A stretch of 64,000 bases of DNA, taken from contig DSCS01000025.1 of assembly GCA_011048995.1 (NCBI GenBank), positions 3,444-67,443 of the forward strand, given 5' to 3'. This document shows positions 19,395-28,716 of the stretch, in pieces. The stretch is from Bacillota bacterium. Lineage in GTDB: Bacteria; Macinerneyibacteriota; Macinerneyibacteria; Macinerneyibacteriales; DSCS01. Both the position numbers and the translations under genes were made by a program. The stretch's first letter is position 1, and each line of letters begins with the position of its first letter. Below the pieces are notes generated by a model. It had not been told where the DNA came from. It worked only from the letters and a program-made list of their open reading frames with translations, and ran no database searches.

Positions 19395-20128
19395 AATCGG
19401 AATTTTTCACCCAGGTATATCTTTTTAGCCGTTTCATTTTCAATGAGTTCACCGGGAGTCCCGGAGACTAAGATCTTTCCCTGGCTTAAAATATAGGAGC
19501 GGTCGGTAATACTCAGCGTCTCCCGGACATTATGGTCTGTAATAAGAACTCCCAGCCCCCAGCGGCGCAGATCGATAATCAGATCCTGGATCTCGGCTAC
19601 TGCGATGGGGTCGATACCTGCAAAAGGCTCATCAAGCAGCAGAAAAGCCGGCCTGGTGATCAACGCTCTGGCAATCTCCACTCGGCGCCGTTCACCGCCC
19701 GAAAGCATATACCCCTTATTTTTCCGGACAGGAGTGATCTTAAAACGTTCTAATAAGGAATCTCTTTCTTTCTGAATCGTTTCCGGGTCCTCTGCCACTG
19801 TTTCCAGAATGGCTTCCAGATTCTCTTCCACAGTCATATCACGAAAAATCGAAGCCTCCTGTGGCAGATAGCTGATCCCTTTGCGGCATCGCAAATACAT
19901 GGCTTCATTGGTAAATTCTTCCCTGTTAATATGAATCGTTCCGGCATCCGGTTTGATGATCCCGACGATCATATAAAAAGATGTGGTTTTCCCGGCTCCG
20001 TTGGGGCCTAAAAGTCCGACGACTTCGCCTGCCTTGACTTCAATGGAGACATCTGAGACAACCGGCCTTTTATTATAGATCTTTTTTAAATTATCCGCCC
20101 TGAGAACTTTCATATCGTCCGCTTCCAT
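19391..20128 (-). CDS. lptB: LPS export ABC ATPase LptB
   Basis: GPNGAGKTT, YLPQEASIF, LSGGERRR, DEPFAGIDP, ITDHNVRETL. Confidence 0.96.
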   Translation of the reverse strand: MEADDMKVLRADNLKKIYNKRPVVSDVSIEVKAGEVVGLLGPNGAGKTTSFYMIVGIIKPDAGTIHINREEFTNEAMYLRCRKGISYLPQEASIFRDMTVEENLEAILETVAEDPETIQKERDSLLERFKITPVRKNKGYMLSGGERRRVEIARALITRPAFLLLDEPFAGIDPIAVAEIQDLIIDLRRWGLGVLITDHNVRETLSITDRSYILSQGKILVSGTPGELIENETAKKIYLGEKFRL

Positions 20129-20129
20129 T

Positions 20130-21005
20130 TCAGTCCCCGCTTTCTTCCTTCTTTTCAAGCCCCACGGCCGAACCGCCGGCCTTTCCGGTAAGGAGGACCA
20201 GCCGGGGTTCATTTTCAAAAAAAGTAATGTCCATTGAATCTCCGTAAAAGTGATTTGCGGTTTCGCTGTCTTTTATAACCCCTTTCACGTCACCACGGGC
20301 CTGCACTTCGCTTAATTCATTTTCCGGGGTAAAGTACAGATACAGCAAACGGCTTTGAAGCCCCATTTCCTGATGATCACTGTTCCAAAAGAGGTCTCCA
20401 TGCCCTGAAATCATCAGATAATCTATGACATCGTCGTTTTTTAAATAAAGAGTCATGGCATCCCCACCAATATAGCGCTCTTCCATAATAATATAGGGAG
20501 TTCCGTAAAGTGTCACAGAATCTCCTGAGGCACTGCGCTGAAGGCGGTCGGCCAACCCCATGTACCCATCCATCTCCAAAACAACGGTCCCGTCAAAAAG
20601 CATGGCCCCGTCAGAGAAAAGCAGCGCCTCTTTTGATTCTATAATGTATTTGTCCCCGCGGACACAGACATGGCCCTTTAACTCCGTCTTTGAATCTTCC
20701 AGGTAAAAAACAAGAGTGTCAGCAAAGATCGTCGTCCCTCCGCGATATAATTTCACATCGCCGTCCATGGTGATCCGTCCTCTATTCTCCTCATAGACAA
20801 CACGGCGGCTTTCATAACGTTCAGTCCCATTAGCAAAACGGACATCGCCCAGAAAGACGACCCGGGTTCCTTCCCCGCCATACCGCACTGTTGAAGTCTC
20901 GGCATGAAGAAGTTCCCAAGAGTCTCCGGGTATCTGCCCCCCGGCTTCAGATGAAACCAAAAATAAAATAATGAAAATAAAAGTAAAACGGCTATTTTTT
21001 ACCAT
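20130..21005 (-). CDS. lptA: LptA/OstA beta-jellyroll protein
   Basis: Signal peptide; repeated G(D/H)V..beta motifs; lies between lptC and lptB. Confidence 0.7.
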   Translation of the reverse strand: MVKNSRFTFIFIILFLVSSEAGGQIPGDSWELLHAETSTVRYGGEGTRVVFLGDVRFANGTERYESRRVVYEENRGRITMDGDVKLYRGGTTIFADTLVFYLEDSKTELKGHVCVRGDKYIIESKEALLFSDGAMLFDGTVVLEMDGYMGLADRLQRSASGDSVTLYGTPYIIMEERYIGGDAMTLYLKNDDVIDYLMISGHGDLFWNSDHQEMGLQSRLLYLYFTPENELSEVQARGDVKGVIKDSETANHFYGDSMDITFFENEPRLVLLTGKAGGSAVGLEKKEESGD

Positions 21006-21513
21006 GGGGCTTTATCATCGTGATTTCATTAGTCTTGAGATTCACCGTCATCCCTTCACCCCGGGCAAAACTTGTCCCCCGGACGATTTCCACGGGATCT
21101 CTGCTGACGACTTGATCTTCCCCGGCCTTATAATGAGCCCGCTCCGTGTAGATTACTGTTTTTTCCGGGACACTTTCCATAATGACATTTCCTTCCAAGA
21201 TCACATCGTTGCTTTTTAAAGAAATCGTTCCCCGGTCACTTGTAATAATATGATCGATGTCACCATGAGTTGAATAAAAGGAAATCTTGACGTCGGCAGC
21301 CTTCACGATCCCGGTATCATCATCCTGTTGGCTCAAAGTCTCAGCCCGGATCTCCCAGACCTTTTGTCCTCTATCGGTATATGTCAGGCTCATGCCCTTT
21401 TCAAATACCTGTCCCGGCCCGGGAGCAGGAACCTCATCCTGATTATTCTCCGGCGTTCCGCAGGCCGCCAGAAGAAAAAGGAATGTAACATAAAGAATAT
21501 ATTTGGTTTTCAT
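20992..21513 (-). CDS. lptC: LPS export protein LptC (lipoprotein signal)
   Basis: LAAC lipobox; KVWEIRAE, LEGNV, GEGM; synteny with lptA/lptB. Confidence 0.78.
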   Translation of the reverse strand: MKTKYILYVTFLFLLAACGTPENNQDEVPAPGPGQVFEKGMSLTYTDRGQKVWEIRAETLSQQDDDTGIVKAADVKISFYSTHGDIDHIITSDRGTISLKSNDVILEGNVIMESVPEKTVIYTERAHYKAGEDQVVSRDPVEIVRGTSFARGEGMTVNLKTNEITMIKPHGKK

Positions 21514-21543
21514 GCCTGTATTATAATGAAAAATACACACCTT

Positions 21544-22674
21544 TCAATATTCTTTTCCATTTCGCTTCTCAGCAGCAAGAATGAGCTCCTCTTTTCGAGT
21601 CAAACGCTTTTCTATTTGAAGAATGTGCAAGGCATCCATAAGCGCTCCAAGAGCCGGGCCCGATACATGAAAGAGACGCGCGGCCTCACGGCCGTCTATA
21701 AGCGGTGAACCGTAACAGCTAATGTCTTCCAGGCGCTCTCTCTTTCCCTTTTGGCGGGTCATAAGACAAAAATCTTTCAGGCGTTCCAGCAGCCAGGAGG
21801 ATTTTTTATGGAAACGTCCGATAACGGCCTCCTCTTCGGTCTCCTCTAAAAGATGCAATGCAGCGGCAACCTCGATATCTTTTTTTGAAAATCGAAAAGC
21901 CTTCAAAAAAGAAACGAATGCTCCGCTCCTGCCATTTTCGCTGAACAGCAGAAAAAGATTGATCACAGACTCCCCCGCCGGGAACTCCGGGACAGAACGG
22001 GGATGAAAACCTGCCAGGAGATCAAAAAGACAGAGGTCACTCATATCGGAAAGCAGCCCTTGCATCGGCTTTGAGAAGATCTTAATCAGTTCATCCTTTA
22101 TCCGTTCAGGAGAGATACGGCTCAGTTTTTGAACGGAGCCTGCGGCCAGGCGAAGTGTTCCTTTTTCATAACGAAAGCCTAATTGAGATGCAAAACGGAA
22201 AAGACGCAAGATCCTTAACGGATCCTGGTCAAAGGATTGCTCTGAGGTCTCTTTCAAAAGGCCGTCGGCAAGGTCTTTTTCTCCGTTAAGGGGGTCCAGA
22301 AGGGTCAAGCCCTTTTGCTTTTGCTCTAAATAGAGGGCATTGACAGTAAAGTCCCGATGCAACGCATCCTGATAGAGTCCCGATACATGCAGCGGCTGAA
22401 AATCGATGATCAATGACTTAAAACAGAGGCGAAGCGTGGAAAACCCCTTGTTGTCAAAAGGAACAGCTTTAAAACGCACTCTTTTCTGCAATCTCCCCAC
22501 CACTCGGTCGATGGAGCCGCCCTTATATACAAAATCGATGTCACCGGAAGGGCTGCGCTGGAGTAATCTGTCCCGGACAGCTCCCCCCACGGCATAAAGC
22601 TCTAACCCTTCTTCACGGGCCATAGAAAAGAGAGACGGTACAATGGGGTTTTCCAACCCCTTAGATTCCCTCAT
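21544..22674 (-). CDS. Class II tRNA nucleotidyltransferase (CCA/CC-adding family)
   Basis: VGGAVRD...DIDF, HRDFTVNAL, DPLNGEKDL, QDPLRILR, ISPERIKDEL. Confidence 0.88.
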   Translation of the reverse strand: MRESKGLENPIVPSLFSMAREEGLELYAVGGAVRDRLLQRSPSGDIDFVYKGGSIDRVVGRLQKRVRFKAVPFDNKGFSTLRLCFKSLIIDFQPLHVSGLYQDALHRDFTVNALYLEQKQKGLTLLDPLNGEKDLADGLLKETSEQSFDQDPLRILRLFRFASQLGFRYEKGTLRLAAGSVQKLSRISPERIKDELIKIFSKPMQGLLSDMSDLCLFDLLAGFHPRSVPEFPAGESVINLFLLFSENGRSGAFVSFLKAFRFSKKDIEVAAALHLLEETEEEAVIGRFHKKSSWLLERLKDFCLMTRQKGKRERLEDISCYGSPLIDGREAARLFHVSGPALGALMDALHILQIEKRLTRKEELILAAEKRNGKEY

Positions 22675-23398
22675 ATTTCTCCAGCAGTTCTGTTTCTTCC
22701 TTTTCGGTAAGATTTAAATCGGCAAAATTCTCTTCACGGGCCGAGCGGGAGCATAAAGCCTTTTCCCGGGCCGGGATCTTTTTGTCTTCGTAATACAAAT
22801 CCAGAAGCACGCGGAAAGAATCGGACTCTTTTCGTGTGACCAGGGCCCAATGCCATAAAGCATAACCGCAATGATGTAATGCATAACGAGACATATCTAT
22901 AAAGAAGGCCCCCTTCTCTGTCACAGCCACACTTTTTTCCGATAAAGGAAAGGAGGCTTCCAACGGGCCGGGGCTCTCTTTACAAAAAGAAACTCCGTAA
23001 TCCATGGGCCGGGAACTGGTCCGGCTGAGCTCTTCCATTGTGCGCATAAGCGCCAGGAGCTTATCATCGGTGAAAGAGGATACCGGTTTTTCAGAAAAAG
23101 GAGCGGGAAGACGCTGAAGGAAGAGGTACTCTTTATTGATCAGCTGAAGATGGAAAAGAGGCTCCGGCAAAGAGGCAATTCCGCTGCGGTTTTCTCTCAG
23201 CAGGATTTCTTCAGCAAGAGGGGATGCCATTTGTTTTAAAATGAGATGCTCTTTCACGCGGTTTTTGAAAACGGTCTCAATGAAAAGCGAATAGTAGTCT
23301 TCAGCGGCAAAAAGCCTTCGGCTTTTCAGGGATTTGACCGGCGCTCCGTAGTAGACATTTAAAAGTTTTTTGATAAACGGATCCCTGATTTTATTCAT
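22661..23398 (-). CDS. Hypothetical protein
   Basis: 245-aa ORF overlapping both neighbours in an operon; no family recognised with confidence. Confidence 0.7.
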   Translation of the reverse strand: MNKIRDPFIKKLLNVYYGAPVKSLKSRRLFAAEDYYSLFIETVFKNRVKEHLILKQMASPLAEEILLRENRSGIASLPEPLFHLQLINKEYLFLQRLPAPFSEKPVSSFTDDKLLALMRTMEELSRTSSRPMDYGVSFCKESPGPLEASFPLSEKSVAVTEKGAFFIDMSRYALHHCGYALWHWALVTRKESDSFRVLLDLYYEDKKIPAREKALCSRSAREENFADLNLTEKEETELLEKYEGI

Positions 23399-23595
23399 CT
23401 TTTGTCCTTTTTATTTTTATGGCCTGTATACCGTATTCCGCCCAACTGTCCCTGCACAGAATCCCTGATCCGTGACAAATACTTTTCCCGCAGTCTTTTC
23501 TGTTCTTCTTCTTCGGCAGGGGTCAATCCGGAGGATTGTTTTTTATGCCATAACGCATTGATCCTTTCCACCAATGCATCGAGATCTTGAGTCAT
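23395..23595 (-). CDS. DUF896/UPF0291 family protein
   Basis: RINAL..K...GLT.AE.EEQ..LR..Y; AGGAGG SD. Confidence 0.88.
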   Translation of the reverse strand: MTQDLDALVERINALWHKKQSSGLTPAEEEEQKRLREKYLSRIRDSVQGQLGGIRYTGHKNKKDKR

Positions 23596-23636
23596 ACGCC
23601 CTCCTTTGTGTTATCATAAAGAAAACAGAAAAGAAT

Positions 23637-24116
23637 TCAATTGATATCTTTGATGAAATACGAGATAAGCGTCCCCTGCTCATAGGTCAAGGAGGCTTCA
23701 AAACGTTTCCCCCGGATCACATAAGGGGTAAAGATCCGGTCTCCCGCCCACATGGGAAGAGAACAAAGATCCCGTGCCGGAATCCATTCCAGCGCCCCTT
23801 CGGGAATGTTTTTTTTCACTTGCCCTTCGAAACGGGTGCAAAGGAAAACGAAATCCACCCACTCCCCTTCAAAGGGAGAGGCGCCTGTATCGGGAAAGTG
23901 GAGAAAACCCAAAAACTTCAGTTCAAGGGCTGTCAGCCCTGTTTCTTCATAAAGCTCCCGCCGGGCACAGTCAGGAATCGACTCATTTTTTTCCCGTTTC
24001 CCCCCGGGGGCCACCCAAAACCCTTTATGCATATCTTCGTTTCGTTTGTTTCGATGAAGCATCAGAAAACATCCCTTTTGACGGACATAGACCAAAACCC
24101 CGACAGTCGACTTCAC
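23637..24116 (-). CDS. NUDIX hydrolase (MutT/8-oxo-dGTPase-like)
   Basis: Nudix box GGKREKNESIPDCARRELYEETGL; MWAGD. Confidence 0.92.
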   Translation of the reverse strand: MKSTVGVLVYVRQKGCFLMLHRNKRNEDMHKGFWVAPGGKREKNESIPDCARRELYEETGLTALELKFLGFLHFPDTGASPFEGEWVDFVFLCTRFEGQVKKNIPEGALEWIPARDLCSLPMWAGDRIFTPYVIRGKRFEASLTYEQGTLISYFIKDIN

Positions 24117-24137
24117 ACGTTTTCCCTTTCCCTAAGC

Positions 24138-24159
24138 AAAGGGGAGCTGACGCTCCCCT
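24138..24159 (-). terminator. Terminator closing the pilin-like operon
   Basis: AGGGGAGC-TGAC-GCTCCCCT hairpin just after the 24163 stop, with a short T run on the minus strand. Confidence 0.65.
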
Positions 24160-24162
24160 CCT

Positions 24163-25209
24163 TTATTCATTATTATAGGTCACAGACGGGGTAACCGTCC
24201 GACGGAACACCGTCGTTGTCCCGATCTGTGTAGCGGTAACTAAAATAATCTCAAAACTGAAATTCATTTTACTGGTATGACCGTAATCCACGGGGCTATC
24301 TGTATCGGCGCGGTGCACATAGAGAGTATCAGGAGGCAAATAGATCTTTTCCCCCCGTTCCCACTTAAATGGGATAATAGAGAAAAGAGCCACTTTATCG
24401 GCGATGATCCTGTAGTGGGGCGCATATCCGCTTGTCCCTTCTAAATGCGGTTTATGAAGACGTCTTACCAGATAATGCCATTTAAAACGTTTCCCGCCTC
24501 GTTGAAACCAATCCGACTGGGGCACTAAAAAATAAGAGACATGGTATCCGACAACAGCATTGACAAGGTTGGGCTCTTCCCCGTCCAGGCCGTCACCGTC
24601 TTCATCGCGGCCATCCCGCTCCGGATCTTCCGGTTCTCCGTCAACGGTGATCCTGCCGTCTCCGTCATCATCACGGAACTCCAGGAAGTATTCATCCCTG
24701 ATATTCGTGTCGGATCCGGAATGGCCGGCTGCGTAATCTTCATCATTGAGGCCGATAGAAAAGGAGATCCCGTTTCGGGGGATCTCCTCATCATTGTTAA
24801 AATAGAGTTCCTTGATCACAGATTCGTCAAAAACAGGAAGCGTATCCCCTCCGTCTTCCAGCAAAAATGTCCCGTCGGCCGTATGAAAGGAGTAAGTCGT
24901 TCCGTCATAAGTCACAGAATCTTCAAAGCGAAGGGTCTGGCGTGTCGTCTTGGTCAGGGCACCGCCGGTATAGAGCCGTACCGGGACAACATCTCTCTGA
25001 CCGCTCATAACAACGCTCATAGACATAAAGTCATTGAGCATGGTGTGGAAACCCAAGTCAAACTTCTGCTCCATGACAATACGCTCCTGAACACCCAGAC
25101 TCTGCTTCACAAAGACATTAAAGAGATTATAGACAGCAGTAGCGATCAGCCCCATGATGGCAATTGTGACTAAAAGCTCGATTAAGGTGACACCTTTTTT
25201 ATTCATCAT
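24163..25209 (-). CDS. Type IV prepilin-like protein (PilW/GspJ-like) with acidic DxDGDG insert
   Basis: Class III signal KKG|VTLIELLVTIAIMGL (E5 present). Confidence 0.85.
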   Translation of the reverse strand: MMNKKGVTLIELLVTIAIMGLIATAVYNLFNVFVKQSLGVQERIVMEQKFDLGFHTMLNDFMSMSVVMSGQRDVVPVRLYTGGALTKTTRQTLRFEDSVTYDGTTYSFHTADGTFLLEDGGDTLPVFDESVIKELYFNNDEEIPRNGISFSIGLNDEDYAAGHSGSDTNIRDEYFLEFRDDDGDGRITVDGEPEDPERDGRDEDGDGLDGEEPNLVNAVVGYHVSYFLVPQSDWFQRGGKRFKWHYLVRRLHKPHLEGTSGYAPHYRIIADKVALFSIIPFKWERGEKIYLPPDTLYVHRADTDSPVDYGHTSKMNFSFEIILVTATQIGTTTVFRRTVTPSVTYNNE

Positions 25210-25222
25210 TTTTCCTCCCTCC

Positions 25223-28200
25223 TCAATAGTAGAGGAAACGGACGAGGCTTTTCATCGCTTCATACCGCCAGTTCTCTGTAGAAATGGCTTCTATTCCAAA
25301 ACCCAGGTAGAGCAGTTTCGTGTCCGTCTCATCAGGCTCCTGATCGATAATCTCAAAGTCCCATTCGTCAACAGCCCCCTTCCCTTTGTATACCCACACA
25401 CCGGCGGTAAAGGCACTGTTGTCGGGATCATATCCGTAAACCAAAGCCTGCTTCCCGGCCATGAGATAACCGTCTGTGCCGTTAAAGTCATAACCGTGAA
25501 TCGCCGGATTGGCCAAAATCCTCTTGCCGCCCAGCTTCTCATCAGCACTGAGGATATCCAGTCCCAGACTCCAGCGTTGGGGCACAGGAGAGCCCTGATT
25601 GGCATATCCGTCATAATATTCTCCCTCTACAGGAGCAAGGAGATAACGGCGCAGGTAATTACTTCCCACACTACGGGGGAGATCATTTTCGTCACTGTCC
25701 TTTTTCATCACACCCACCGTAGCTCCGAACACAGGATCCCCGATAATGGTCGTGGCGCCGGCAACCCAGAGTTCCGGATTCTGAAGGTTGGAAACCACAT
25801 AGGGATGTGTGGAAAAATTGCTGTAATCCTGTTTCGTTGCCATACCCAACCCCAGCCAGCGGCGTATAAAGTACTGCTTCATATCACTTGTCAAGGGGCT
25901 GGTCGAATCAAAATTATCAAAGAAACGCTTTCCGATAAAGGCCACCCGCGGCACGTATCCTTCCCGATAATGAGGGGAGACAACGGTTTTATCTCCGGTA
26001 GAGTGAAACATGTCCAGGTCCCCGTTGATCCCTTCCTGAACAGCCGCATAAAAGGTGCGGAAATCTTCATACGGCGCCGTCATCCAGGAGTGGAGAAGAC
26101 GGATGAAGTCATCGGTAAATCCCGGAGGAGAGGCTGTGGACCCGGTGTAAAAGATGATAAGATCGTAATCGTCAAAGTATCCGTCATCATCGTCATCAAT
26201 ATACCCCATAAGCGTGGAGGCCTCGGTGTTCTGAGCCACTTCGACAATGTTACAATCCAGGTCATTCCAATAGAGGGGTCCGTCAATGGCTGTATAAAAG
26301 GGGCGGACATTATCCAGGCTCCCTGATTCTTCTGTATCCATATCAAAGACCAAGACCCGCAGCCGCTCGACACGAACCGGGATATAATCGTTCTCTGCAT
26401 CTCCCGGAGGAGTTTGCTGTTGTGCAGGCTGCCCGTCGGCATCCAGATAATAGTAGCTGTTTCCACCGGCGCCGTCTGTAACGGATATATAATAATAGAA
26501 GGTCCCGGGCTGGGATATATTTAAGTCATCCAATTCAAAACCGAAAGAATCAGCCATAGGCTGCTCCAGGATCTCCCTGCTTTTGGTAAATTTTACAGTT
26601 GTATCTCCCACAGCTGTATAGTGCAGGGTAACACTGGCGATCCCGTTTGAATCACTGGCATGCCATCCGATATAGAAATTCCTGTTGGCCTGTGTATTCC
26701 CCCCGGAGACCCAGTAGGGATTATAAACATAAGGCGGCTCCAGGTTAGGGTGATTGGCCAACTGTTGCACGGTGACTTCATCAATAAAGGGGTCATTATT
26801 GCCGGCATTTGAATCATAGGTAAAGAGCCACTCCCGGCGGGAAATGTTCCCGGCCTTGTCAGAAGCTTCAATGCCCACAAGAACGATGTCCCCTTCCGCC
26901 AGAGTCACCCCCGGTGAAAATTGCAAAGTCACGTTGTTGATATTATGCTTGATGTAGGCCACTTGGGCTGAGACATCGGAAAAACCTGTTGTATTCGTCC
27001 AATCGATGGTCGTCGGATCCCCTGTTTCCAAAACACGGAAAAGAACACGGGGATGTCCTTCTAACGGGGCCACCAGAACACCGCTCTCTGTCTCTATCCC
27101 ATTGATAATCGTGGAATCCACAATACGGGCAGCCACCTGAGGGGTCGGGCTTCCTGTCTGCGCTGTTCCGGCAGGATCATAAGGCAGAAGCGGATAAATA
27201 CGCGGGGGTTTGATATCAGGCTCCGAAGTCACATAGACTTCCGTTTCCATGGCAGAAGCATTGCCGGCGCGGTCTTTGACCAGGACCCGGTAATAATGCC
27301 ATCCTTCAGAGACCCCTTCCAGATTGATCCCCACATTCATGGAAGAAAAGATATCAGAACTCTCCTTTTCAATAAGCTGATGCCCCATTAATTTCCAGTG
27401 ATATTTCAAGTCTCCTCCGACATCAAACTCTTCCTTTTCAAAAACATAGACTCTGTCCAGTCCGCTGGTCGGTATTAACTCTTCGCCGGGAGGATTGTCC
27501 TTAACCGTGACAGCCAGAGTCACCGTCGTGTGAGGCACAAAAGTCCCAGGAGCCGGACTGATTTCTGTAATCTCCGGAGCGACTGTATCCACAATAAAAT
27601 CATAAGTCCTTTTATCCAGTATCACACCTGTCTCCAGATTGGGATTTGTCCGGGCCTCTACTTCCACCGTATATTTCCCGTTGGCTGTGGTATCATGAAT
27701 CACCCATCCGCCGGAATAATTGCCGATACTGCCTTCGCTCACGGCCCATCGGTAAAGCGTGTTATCGCTGTTAGCGGTAAAATGAGAGGAAATGTCCGTC
27801 ACACTGCCGTCAGGAGCTGTTAAATTGACATGCAGGAGTTTGAACGGATCCGCTGAATAGACGACTCCTTCATAATGACATTGGAAATTGTTCTGCTCAA
27901 AAGCCTCATCGATAATACCGTTATTATTGTTATCGATGCCGTCGGAATCGGCTTCCAGAATATCTCCCTCGGTATAATCCGTCAGCCCGTTTCCGTTGTT
28001 GTCAATGCCGTCCCTGTCAAAGGGCGAAAGATTCTTTAAATGATTCAGGCCGTTGATGATATCGGCGTTCTTCCGCATATCAACAAAAAGGGCTACGGCG
28101 CCTGATGTCGAAACGACCATGTCGTCATCACTGATATCATTGAAATAGATATCAACGGTGGGTTTGTCACTTTTAACACCTTTATAGCCCACCGCTGATG

Positions 28201-28705
28201 CCCAGACATAATGAGATTCGGCAACATTGTCAAAATGTTCTGCCACAGAAACCGTTATGCGCATAATGTTCTGATCACTGTTGCTGTGAACGAGCTCATT
28301 GGTGATCCCGTCTCCGTCGATATCAGCCGTATCCTCCTGCATAAAGTCCAGATCGACCTTGATACGAAGCTTTGTTCCTTCGTCCGAGCGCAGATAATAG
28401 ATCCCGCCCGGGGCTGTCTCCACATTGTAAAGGGCCTCATCGGCCATATAGGCCAGATATTCGGGGTTTGTCTCTTCCAAATAAGTCTTTAACGAGACAA
28501 GGTTCTTTTTGTTTGAGCCTCTGTAATCCCAATTCTTCAATTCTGTGAGAATGCTTTGGGCCACGTTAAAGCGGTCGATGGTCAGCTTGACCTTGCGCTC
28601 TGTCTTTCCAACGACCATGATATAAGTCATGACAGCAATGAAAACAATAGTCATGATGCTGAGGCCTAAAAGCAATTCTATAAATGTAAAGCCTTTCTTT
28701 TTCAT
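25223..28705 (-). CDS. Giant (1160 aa) type IV prepilin-like protein with Ig-like and Ca-binding-like modules
   Basis: KKKG|FTFIELLLGLSIM class III signal; VDTVAPEI and D(R/K)AGN Ig-like motifs; DGIDNNxNG repeats. Confidence 0.85.
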   Translation of the reverse strand: MKKKGFTFIELLLGLSIMTIVFIAVMTYIMVVGKTERKVKLTIDRFNVAQSILTELKNWDYRGSNKKNLVSLKTYLEETNPEYLAYMADEALYNVETAPGGIYYLRSDEGTKLRIKVDLDFMQEDTADIDGDGITNELVHSNSDQNIMRITVSVAEHFDNVAESHYVWASAVGYKGVKSDKPTVDIYFNDISDDDMVVSTSGAVALFVDMRKNADIINGLNHLKNLSPFDRDGIDNNGNGLTDYTEGDILEADSDGIDNNNNGIIDEAFEQNNFQCHYEGVVYSADPFKLLHVNLTAPDGSVTDISSHFTANSDNTLYRWAVSEGSIGNYSGGWVIHDTTANGKYTVEVEARTNPNLETGVILDKRTYDFIVDTVAPEITEISPAPGTFVPHTTVTLAVTVKDNPPGEELIPTSGLDRVYVFEKEEFDVGGDLKYHWKLMGHQLIEKESSDIFSSMNVGINLEGVSEGWHYYRVLVKDRAGNASAMETEVYVTSEPDIKPPRIYPLLPYDPAGTAQTGSPTPQVAARIVDSTIINGIETESGVLVAPLEGHPRVLFRVLETGDPTTIDWTNTTGFSDVSAQVAYIKHNINNVTLQFSPGVTLAEGDIVLVGIEASDKAGNISRREWLFTYDSNAGNNDPFIDEVTVQQLANHPNLEPPYVYNPYWVSGGNTQANRNFYIGWHASDSNGIASVTLHYTAVGDTTVKFTKSREILEQPMADSFGFELDDLNISQPGTFYYYISVTDGAGGNSYYYLDADGQPAQQQTPPGDAENDYIPVRVERLRVLVFDMDTEESGSLDNVRPFYTAIDGPLYWNDLDCNIVEVAQNTEASTLMGYIDDDDDGYFDDYDLIIFYTGSTASPPGFTDDFIRLLHSWMTAPYEDFRTFYAAVQEGINGDLDMFHSTGDKTVVSPHYREGYVPRVAFIGKRFFDNFDSTSPLTSDMKQYFIRRWLGLGMATKQDYSNFSTHPYVVSNLQNPELWVAGATTIIGDPVFGATVGVMKKDSDENDLPRSVGSNYLRRYLLAPVEGEYYDGYANQGSPVPQRWSLGLDILSADEKLGGKRILANPAIHGYDFNGTDGYLMAGKQALVYGYDPDNSAFTAGVWVYKGKGAVDEWDFEIIDQEPDETDTKLLYLGFGIEAISTENWRYEAMKSLVRFLYY

Positions 28706-28716
28706 AAAACCTCCCC

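Noticed and set aside
25154-26326. 390-aa plus-strand ORF (and 24541-25173, 29014-29730, 29734-30351)
   Set aside because: Antisense shadows of the pilin-like genes, with no motifs or SD
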